64,000 nucleotides of DNA from a virus, in IMG/VR virus record IMGVR_UViG_3300011116_000796, positions 32,001 to 96,000 of that record, one strand, 5' to 3'. Under the pieces are notes generated by a model. It saw only the letters and a list, made by a program, of their open reading frames with translations, was not told where the DNA came from and made no database searches. Both the position numbers and the translations under genes were made by a program. Positions 46,653-55,200 of this stretch are shown one piece after another; position 1 is the stretch's first letter, and the number at the start of each line of letters is the position of its first letter.

Positions 46653-49600
46653 ATGGCATATAGCGCACTAACTATTCGCAGCGGCGGCGGTGCTGGTGAC
46701 GGTCGCTCAATTCGTAACACTATCTCTCAAACGGCACACGGGTTTCAGCCTGGAATGGTCGTTCGTAGAGATAGTGCTACGGGTGTTTTTGTAAGAGCAA
46801 CATCACAGTCTCTGTCAGGATCCAATACGGTTGGTATTGTCGAAAGTGTTACTCCAAACACATTCGTGGTTGTTTATCAAGGTGAGATGGACTTTGGATC
46901 TTCGGTTGTAGCCGTTGACGATGGCAATTCTGGATTAACAAATGGGTATGTTTATTATCTTTCTGCATCAGATTCTTTAACTGGTTATATCAGTCCTGAT
47001 GCACCATCCGATCAGACAGTAATTTACCACCCTCTCTTTGTGGCTACCGCTGAAAAGAAGGGAATAGTTATAAACAGCCTTCCGAGGCCAGCACAAGGAT
47101 CGACGTTATTCAGCCCTGTCGGTACAGTAGTTCCTTATTGTGGTGCTGCTGATAGTGTTCCGCAAAATTGGTATCTTTGTGTTGGTGATTCGATCTCAAA
47201 GGAGAACCACCCTGCCCTATATGCGAGATTGGGTGACGCATTCAGAATTAATGGGTTAGAGAAAAATGTTCAAGATGTTGGATTATCTGCTGGAGCAAAC
47301 TTAACACTAATATTTCCAGGATCATTGACTAACGCTCCCGCCTCTGGCGTAGGAAGTAGTAATATTCATAGTCTACTTGCCAACTCATATTACAAACTTC
47401 TTTGGAATGATGATACTGAAGTTGCTGTTGTTTATGTTGCGGGAGTTAATGCTGCAAGTAAAGAGGCAACTTTTAGATTTGTTTGCGATCACCCATATCA
47501 AAATACTGTTCCTCATGCAGATTTTTTCAGTGGTGTCTCGGGTGGTGTGGCATCTATCTTTACAGTTCAATCTCTTGCACACGGAGAAGTCAGTGGTGTA
47601 ACTAGTGATTATTTCTTCTTGCCAGATTTACGAGCGAGAACTGTTTTTGGAGTTGGTTCAAGTACAGGTTTGACATCGACTGGATATGATAGAGGAGATT
47701 TTGCGGGATCTCAATCACACTTGCTGACCGTAAATGAACTCCCACAACACAGCCACAATATTAAGGTCAGAGAGTCTGGAAGTCCAGGAAGTGGTTCTTA
47801 TTATTTGAATCCTGGACAATCTCCAGCACAAGGTTCAAGTTTCTATACAAACCAAGCAGTCACAGAAAATGCAGGAAATAACGAATCATTCCAATTGATG
47901 AATCCATATGTTTCATGTAATTGGATTGTTCGATGGAAAAATGCAGAGGGTGTGTTAATAGATGAGTGTTTGCCGGGACCAATTGGTCCAACAGGACCAA
48001 GGGGTGAAACGGGAAATCAAGGAACTACGGGAACTCCTGGTTCGGCGGGTGGAGTGGGTCCGGCTGGTCCCGCTGGTCCGGAGGGTCCACAGGGTCCACA
48101 GGGTGAAGATGGTCCACGGGGTAAAAATTGCACATGTGTATCGGCGTTTCAATCTGAGGAGACAAATGTCTTCGTTGGCGAAGAAACAATCTACGATGGC
48201 AGTGTTGCGCCAACGACTTGGGTTACAAATGATTACCTGTCCACAAGATTGACTCAACCAACTGATTTTTCGTATTTCAAATCTGTGGTTAGAAATAACA
48301 ATACTCTGTTTGCTAATTTCTTGAACGACGTTGCTCATATCAATGAGTTCAATCCAAAAGAACCAACCTATTTCGGAGAGTTGAGAACTGATTACAGATC
48401 TTCTTTCTTACAGCCATCGGAACTCAAAACAAGAGACATTAAAGAGACCTACACTCTATTTGTATCCGAGAAGCAATACTCTCTTGATGAACAAACAAAT
48501 TTCATCTTCTCTCCAGGAGAATATGTTCTAGATAGAGCATTTTCAATCAGAGGAAACAAAAAGATTGCTATAGGTGGTGCAAATGGATCGGTGCAGAATG
48601 TACCAATATCAACTATTCAAGTTTTGCCAGCATATGATTCAGGTGCAACTGCATCGAATAGATTCTTGCTTAAGTGTCTTGGAAGTGAAACTGGATATAC
48701 TGAACCAATAGTTAAAACTGGAAATTTTGCTGGAATAGGTTCAGAGCAACTGGCATTTACAAATACTGTTCCTCTTGGTTATTCTGGAAACAATCCTTCT
48801 GTTGGTGGACACTCCGGAGCATCTGGAGGAACATTTGGATTCCTGACATCCATGATTGGTGTGTATCCTTGCATTTCAAATGGCTGGTCCGGTCCTGCGA
48901 GTTTCATTCTTGAAATTCCGAATGTTGAAATTACGGCTACGGCAGGAGTTCCAATCGGTATTCCCTACGGTGCAACATTCTCAGGATCATCAGTTGGATT
49001 GTCTGCCATGACAATCTACACAACCATATTCAGAGTTAGAAATCCAAACGGATTCATTGTTGCCGATCAGGGAACACAAGTGCATATCGGAGGCGGGGCC
49101 AGAGCATACGACTTGAATCCAATTGTGATTGTCATGGATATGAGTGGTTCAAGTGGCACAACTACATCAGCGGAGCCTAGAAGGTCAAGTAACTGTGTGG
49201 GTGTGCAATCCATGGGCGATGTTTATATGTACAATAGTGCAATATATGGATTCCCTTGCGGAATTCATAGTTATGGGGGAAGAGTAGTTGTTGATGGCGG
49301 AATTTTCGGCGCAAACTACAATGCTATTGCTGCTGATAATTCTAAAGTCAAAATCAAAGGCGCAAAAATCAATCGAAATGAATTTGGTGTTAGTCTCGTT
49401 AATTCTGATGCGGAAGTAAAGGGGAAGACTGTTCTTGCTAGAAACGGCTACGCATTTGTTTCAAATGGATCAAGAATCAGAATTGATGATCTATCAGATA
49501 CAGCGGCTATCGTTCGTGGTAGTCCATCGTTAGTTGCTCTCAACTCTCCCTCTGTCGTTGTTGGGTCTTTGGTTAGCGATCACCCAATAAGATTTATGGG

Positions 49601-49925
49601 TGGATCATATATTCCAATTGGAGCATCGGCTTCTGTGGACACACTACCATCCAATAATTATTCAATTTTCGCAATTAACAGTAATGTGACATTGACAGAT
49701 TCGAATATGAACAGTAAGGGGGATATTCCAATCATTGGTCTTGCTGCAACGAATGTTTCAGTTGTCAGCAGAGATATCAATACGAGCGGAATTGATATTG
49801 CTCTGAAGAGGTCTGCAATTTATAAAGATAGTGATGTTACATTCAAGAATCCAAAACAAACAAAGACCCCGCAATTGTCGATAGTAGAACTAGAAGATTA
49901 CACTCCGACGCTACCACCAATTTGA
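46653..49925 (+). CDS. Tail fibre with collar domain, collagen-like repeat and C-terminal beta-helix
   Basis: PVGTVVPY..VPQNWYLC.G, FFLPDLRARTVFG, ELPQHSH; (Gly-X-Y)n run; FSPGEY and repetitive beta-helix-like C-terminus. Confidence 0.85.
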   Translation: MAYSALTIRSGGGAGDGRSIRNTISQTAHGFQPGMVVRRDSATGVFVRATSQSLSGSNTVGIVESVTPNTFVVVYQGEMDFGSSVVAVDDGNSGLTNGYVYYLSASDSLTGYISPDAPSDQTVIYHPLFVATAEKKGIVINSLPRPAQGSTLFSPVGTVVPYCGAADSVPQNWYLCVGDSISKENHPALYARLGDAFRINGLEKNVQDVGLSAGANLTLIFPGSLTNAPASGVGSSNIHSLLANSYYKLLWNDDTEVAVVYVAGVNAASKEATFRFVCDHPYQNTVPHADFFSGVSGGVASIFTVQSLAHGEVSGVTSDYFFLPDLRARTVFGVGSSTGLTSTGYDRGDFAGSQSHLLTVNELPQHSHNIKVRESGSPGSGSYYLNPGQSPAQGSSFYTNQAVTENAGNNESFQLMNPYVSCNWIVRWKNAEGVLIDECLPGPIGPTGPRGETGNQGTTGTPGSAGGVGPAGPAGPEGPQGPQGEDGPRGKNCTCVSAFQSEETNVFVGEETIYDGSVAPTTWVTNDYLSTRLTQPTDFSYFKSVVRNNNTLFANFLNDVAHINEFNPKEPTYFGELRTDYRSSFLQPSELKTRDIKETYTLFVSEKQYSLDEQTNFIFSPGEYVLDRAFSIRGNKKIAIGGANGSVQNVPISTIQVLPAYDSGATASNRFLLKCLGSETGYTEPIVKTGNFAGIGSEQLAFTNTVPLGYSGNNPSVGGHSGASGGTFGFLTSMIGVYPCISNGWSGPASFILEIPNVEITATAGVPIGIPYGATFSGSSVGLSAMTIYTTIFRVRNPNGFIVADQGTQVHIGGGARAYDLNPIVIVMDMSGSSGTTTSAEPRRSSNCVGVQSMGDVYMYNSAIYGFPCGIHSYGGRVVVDGGIFGANYNAIAADNSKVKIKGAKINRNEFGVSLVNSDAEVKGKTVLARNGYAFVSNGSRIRIDDLSDTAAIVRGSPSLVALNSPSVVVGSLVSDHPIRFMGGSYIPIGASASVDTLPSNNYSIFAINSNVTLTDSNMNSKGDIPIIGLAATNVSVVSRDINTSGIDIALKRSAIYKDSDVTFKNPKQTKTPQLSIVELEDYTPTLPPI
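47976..48128 (+). repeat. Collagen-like Gly-X-Y repeat within tail fibre
   Basis: GPIGPTGPRGETGNQGTTGTPGSAGGVGPAGPAGPEGPQGPQGEDGPRGKN. Confidence 0.9.
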
Positions 49926-49932
49926 AATTAAT

Positions 49933-50484
49933 ATGTCAACATTTAAACAAATAAAAAACACAGTTTATATTGATGACCTTGAGATCCCCATAGATGTCTT
50001 CAGGGTTCTTGAGCCTAATTACAATCCACAAAGTGGACTTGAAGTTTTAATTTACGATGGGAATCAATTGACGGTTCGTACCAACGGTAAGACAACTACC
50101 ATTAGTGGAGAATGGTCAGACGGGGACAGATACATCTCCAGACAGAAAGATTTCATAGTTTTGATGTCATTGATCTCCAAAGAAGACTCTGAGATAAATC
50201 TTGAAGTCGATTCTATCAAGGATCCTGGTCTTTGTAGAGAAAACGAGTACCCGAATATTTCTGAACTAGTTGTCGCTCTCTGGGAGCACTTTGTTGAACA
50301 AAAGAGTTATGATCAATCTGGAATATACGAACTTCAGCAGAAGAGGATTATGGTAAAGGATAAATACCCTATGAAGGAGAAGTCCAATGCCAGCGATAAC
50401 CTCTCGGGAAAAACTGAAGGAGTACTGCCTAAGACTACTCGGCGCACCCGTAATCGAAATAAATCTAGCAGAAGAACAGATTGA
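49933..50484 (+). CDS. Hypothetical tail-associated protein
   Basis: RENEYPNISELVVALWE...VKDKYP motif typical of small phage tail-associated proteins; 3' end overlaps gp13. Confidence 0.65.
   Translation: MSTFKQIKNTVYIDDLEIPIDVFRVLEPNYNPQSGLEVLIYDGNQLTVRTNGKTTTISGEWSDGDRYISRQKDFIVLMSLISKEDSEINLEVDSIKDPGLCRENEYPNISELVVALWEHFVEQKSYDQSGIYELQQKRIMVKDKYPMKEKSNASDNLSGKTEGVLPKTTRRTRNRNKSSRRTD
50360..50366 (+). promoter_or_regulatory. Late promoter for gp13 (ATAAATA)
   Basis: ATAAATA, then SD AAGGAG (50374-50379) and ATG 50387. Confidence 0.65.
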
Positions 50485-51220
50485 AGATCGTTTAGACGAT
50501 GCTTTGCGGTTCTTCTCTGAGTATCACTTTGATGGTGTTGAAAAAGTTTACTTAAAGTACCAAGTTCAGCCAATCGATATTCAGCGTGGCTACATTGAGA
50601 TGAAAGCCACAAATCGTAAATCTCTTGGGGGTGGGTTTTCTGACCAAGATGCAATCCACACGGGAAGCACTGATACAACTGACGATGATGTATTACTTGA
50701 GAATCTAGTCACAAGTGTGACCAGAATTTTTCCGTTTACTCAACAATCAGTTGGAATGTTTGATATCAGATATCAGTATGCACTAAATGATCTATACACA
50801 TTTGGAACAATAGATCTAGTTCAATATGATCTAACGCAACAGTATCTGACAATGCTTAGACAGTATTTGTCTCCTGAGAAGAGTGTTAGATTCAGTAGAG
50901 TTCAGAATAGACTTTACATTGACATGAATTGGTCACAGAACGTGACTGCTGGAATGTACCTGATTATAGAGTGTTACAGGATTTTGGATCCTAGAATCTA
51001 CCCCGAAATATATGAAGACAGATTGCTAAAGAAATATGCAACTGCTCTTTTGAAAAAACAATGGGGAGTCAATCTCAGTAAGTATAGTGGAGTGAAATTA
51101 CCTGGAGATATTACACTCAGAGGAACGGAGATTGTTCAAGAAGCAAATACGGAAATAGAGAATCTTGAGAAAGATATCGTTTCTAAGTACGAACTACCAG
51201 CAGACTTTATGATGGGATAA
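50387..51220 (+). CDS. 13: Neck protein
   Basis: SREKLKEYCLRLLGAPVIEIN...QIEDR.DDAL..F.EYHFDG, KKYATALLKKQWG.NLSKY.G..LPG, YELP.DFMMG. Confidence 0.96.
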   Translation: MPAITSREKLKEYCLRLLGAPVIEINLAEEQIEDRLDDALRFFSEYHFDGVEKVYLKYQVQPIDIQRGYIEMKATNRKSLGGGFSDQDAIHTGSTDTTDDDVLLENLVTSVTRIFPFTQQSVGMFDIRYQYALNDLYTFGTIDLVQYDLTQQYLTMLRQYLSPEKSVRFSRVQNRLYIDMNWSQNVTAGMYLIIECYRILDPRIYPEIYEDRLLKKYATALLKKQWGVNLSKYSGVKLPGDITLRGTEIVQEANTEIENLEKDIVSKYELPADFMMG

Positions 51221-51224
51221 GACA

Positions 51225-52121
51225 ATGGCATTAAATCCATACATTAGACTTCACAATCATACCTACAAGCCAGAGCAGAATCTGGTTGAGGATCTGACCG
51301 TGGAAGCCATCAAGATTCATGGGTTGGAGATGTACTATATTCCAAGGGATTTGGTGGTTAGGGATGATCTTTTTGGTGAGTCTAGGTATTCAAGATTTAA
51401 TTCATTCTCAATGATAGAGATGTACATGGATACCACTCAGGCATTTGAGGGGGGAGACACATTTACTAAGTTTGGTTTTGAGGTGAGAGATAGTGTCAAG
51501 TTTACAGTTTCCAAGAAGAGATTCATGAGAGAAACTGGCAAGAAAAGGCCATTAGAAGGAGACTTGCTTTTTCTTCCATTGAATCGTGGATTGTTTGAGA
51601 TAAAGTTTGTTGAACACGAAAATCCGTTTTATCAACTAGGCAAATTGTTTTCGTATCAACTCACATGTGAATTGTTCCAATATAGCGAAGAGGAATTTAA
51701 TACTGGAATAGAGGAAATAGATGTAATTAATGAAGAGACAGGATACAAACTAGACATAGGATTGGAGGCCACCTATGGAACGGGATCTTTCAGAAAAGGC
51801 GACTTCGTATATCAGTTCCAAGACGGTTCAGTTACGGGAGGAACTTCGGGAGAAACTGCACGGGCGAAAATTCAATCAATCGACAGCAGATTCTCTCCGA
51901 AAATACTTTCTATTGCCGATGTTTCTGGTAAGTGGCTGTTTGGCCCAAGTGAAAGTCCACTATACCTAACGAAATTCGACAACTCCATATATGCACAAAT
52001 ATCCTCTTCCACAAGTAAAGAGAGACTTGGAATATTGGATATAGCGAACAACTCACAAATTCAATCTGAAGCAAATACCATTCTGAATTTTGATGAAACT
52101 AATCCTTTTGATGACATGTGA
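51225..52121 (+). CDS. 14: Neck protein
   Basis: MALNPY, EQNLVEDL..EAIKIHG..MYYIPR, KFGFEVRD, RPLEGDLLF, FEIKFVEHENPFYQLGK, FDETNPF. Confidence 0.96.
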   Translation: MALNPYIRLHNHTYKPEQNLVEDLTVEAIKIHGLEMYYIPRDLVVRDDLFGESRYSRFNSFSMIEMYMDTTQAFEGGDTFTKFGFEVRDSVKFTVSKKRFMRETGKKRPLEGDLLFLPLNRGLFEIKFVEHENPFYQLGKLFSYQLTCELFQYSEEEFNTGIEEIDVINEETGYKLDIGLEATYGTGSFRKGDFVYQFQDGSVTGGTSGETARAKIQSIDSRFSPKILSIADVSGKWLFGPSESPLYLTKFDNSIYAQISSSTSKERLGILDIANNSQIQSEANTILNFDETNPFDDM

Positions 52122-52182
52122 TTTGAAAGATAAGTTACCTTACATTTCAATTTATGATAGTGAATTCGGGATTTTAAGTATC

Positions 52183-52189
52183 ATACATA
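52183..52189 (+). promoter_or_regulatory. Possible variant late promoter (ATACATA)
   Basis: One mismatch to ATAAATA, upstream of SD-like AAGGGG and ATG 52222; the same variant precedes the RuvC-like gene (9987-9993). Confidence 0.4.
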
Positions 52190-52221
52190 ACAGTATAACT
52201 CCAAGGTAAAAGGGGATTCGT

Positions 52222-55200
52222 ATGTCATTTCAGGTAAATCCAAACGACAGTTTTACGCCAGACAATATATCAATTAATATTCCACCTTCATCTGGTCAGT
52301 CAGAGAGGGATCGTCAAAGATGTTGTGCGGACGCTGTTCAAAAATTACTTGAAAAACTCAGAAGACTTGAACTCACTAGTCCCATTCCACTTTTGAGTCG
52401 AAGAAATGGACTTCCTCCCATTCCGGAGGAATGTTCAAGCAATGCATGCAATGCGGCTTGCTTGAATTGGTTGGAGATGCTATGGAGATATATTTATAAT
52501 CAACGTGATGGTAATGGCGATCTTAAAAACAAACAGGCTCTTGATGCTGTTTCAGAAACCCTATCAAATCGATGTTTCCCGAGGAATTACCCACCATCCC
52601 CACCAAAACCAGAGACTCGACCCCTGGTCCTTCCCGATTATAAAACAATAGATCCATCGCAACCCGATTATAAAATAATAGATCCGTCGCAAATAGGCAG
52701 ACTTGATTGTTGTAGTCAATCTTTTAATAATCTTCTTGTTAAGTTGAAAGAGTTGACTGGTAAATCAAATATCCACGATATGGAGACCGAGTGGCTACAT
52801 GCACCATGTACAGTTCAAGAAGTGGAAAGTGGTTCATGTATTCCGTATTCGAAACGATTAGAACTAAAAAGACTTACAGATGGTCTTGATAAGAACTGTC
52901 AAAACACAAATCCAACCGGAGATCGAGAAGTCGCTGGCGCTTTAGCATGTCAGAGTAAGTGCAAAGAATACCTAGAGCAACTTTACAGTTGGTATCTGAA
53001 TCTACCTGTTGAGCAACAATCCCCAAATCACTCAGAGATTCTGAGATTGATACCGGAAGCGTATAATAATCCATGTTATAACCGTAGTCCAGTTAATACT
53101 GGTGATTTTGTAGATACCGAAGGTTATTGGATTGATGCACCGGTACAGTATCGGTCTATTACCCCCGATACTTTGCCTGATGGTCTGAGTGTCATTGAGA
53201 TTATACCAATAAACAATCCCGATTCTATCAGACCAACAAGTGATCGTGTAGTGCCGTTAGGATGGGAGTTCCGTCCTGAAATTTACGTTCGTGAGCAAGT
53301 TGCGAAGTGTTGCGCCGAACTACAAAGAATTAAAGACGCTTACAGAAATCAAAACCCGCCTATTCAAGGGCTTCAGGAGTTAGATAGCAACGATTGTGAT
53401 TTTCTTGATCAGGTTCGGGCTATCGTAAACCGTAATCCAAACGGTTTTGCTGAACAACAGTTACAAAGAATGGCGAATAACTGTTTTACATTATGGAAAT
53501 GGTGGACGGGACAATTACTGGAATCGGGAGATCCAGAATTGCCATCTGCGCCAGGATTACAGATCAGTCCAATAGTGGACCGATATAATCAATTCCTCAA
53601 ACAATTGAAAGAATGGTGGAATACTCCCGAGGCGCAAAGAAACCCGAAGTGCCCAAATGGAGGGGTTGTTCATCCTAGCGACATTGAAAACGGCGTTGTT
53701 CCTTACTTGCCTCCTCCCGGTATAAGTATATGTGATTATACTTATTGCTACGCATTGAATGGTGCAAGCGCAGAAGACGGTCCTCACGGACCACTTATGC
53801 CCATATTCTCACAAGGGTGGTGGCAATGGTGGAATACTAGACAGCGTGATGGTAAATCTTTGCCTGTACTGAATCCTAAATTCATGAAGAAATTGTTGAA
53901 GTCGTATCCACAATTTTTGGGAATTTCTTGCAGGCTGGCTGGAGTTTTGGAATTCAATCCAGAGCAACCTTGTTCAGTCCCTGCTGACTCAGGACTTAGC
54001 CCCACTCCAGGACCAAATAGACTAATTCGACCTGGTTATGGCGGCGATCATGGTTGTAGTTTCTATCCCCACCTATTCCCATCTGATGGGCAAGATTTGA
54101 CCAAAAATTGTATGAAGGTGGTTGTGTATTATGGTGGGCAACAAAAGGTCATTTGTGTGTGTAAGGATGGTAGCCCAAATCCACTAATTCCAGGAGATCC
54201 ACAACTTTGGAGAGAGTTTGAACCTCCGTTGCCCCCGACACCGGATGATGGACCAGGATTTACACCAACTTGGGCACCCGAAGGATGTAAGTGTATTGAT
54301 TTACCATCTCCATTTCCAGGTATTCCAGGAAGTGGTTGCCCTCAACCTCCCGAAGGGTACAGATCGGCTAGTTTACCACTAGGCAGAGTGCCCCCATTCA
54401 GTTTTGTAAATGCAAATTCAACAATTGTTTTAAATTCATTGGCATACATTTCAAGCAATTTGTGGAAGTCTAGACAGAGCAGAGCAAAAGCATGCGCCGC
54501 ACTAACCAAGGCAGGAGAATTGTATACTCAATACAACACCCTTTTGCCATCAGGAATTAAGTCGTGGCCCTTCAATTACTCTGACAAAAAAATTGCCGGA
54601 GAATGTGGATTCAATCCTCCTATTAATGGATACGATGGCGTTCCACTGTTCAATTATGGTATAGATTGCGTTGGTGGAATTACGGATCCAAGATCACATA
54701 TCAAAACCGTGATTGATTGGGTCAAGTGCCATAGAGATGCTGCTGCAAATAAAAAAGGCGTTGGCGGAAATGTGGGTCGATGGAACCATATTCTGAAACA
54801 ATTTGAAGATCTTTATAATGAGGGTGAGGGCAGTTCATTTATCTATAGAAATGCAAGTGATGCATCTCTAGTGGAATATTCCTCGCCAGAAGAAGGAGAT
54901 ATTTTCACTGATTCAGTTGCGGGGGTATCCGATGCAGTCACACAAAACTGTCAATCTATATTGGAAAGAAGACTGAAAACAATATCGTACAGATTAGCAA
55001 TCATAAAATGCCTGATACAGAGATGCTTTAATAATTATTATTACAGTGATTGCGACAATAATGGTGTCTGCACTACACCAAGAAACTTCAACAGTATGAG
55101 TGTAGTGGAAAGGGACAATCTTGAAAGAGAATTATTTGAATGTTTAAATTACTATTCTCAAATGCTGAATTATCTATTGCCTGCTGAAGTGTTCGGTGGT

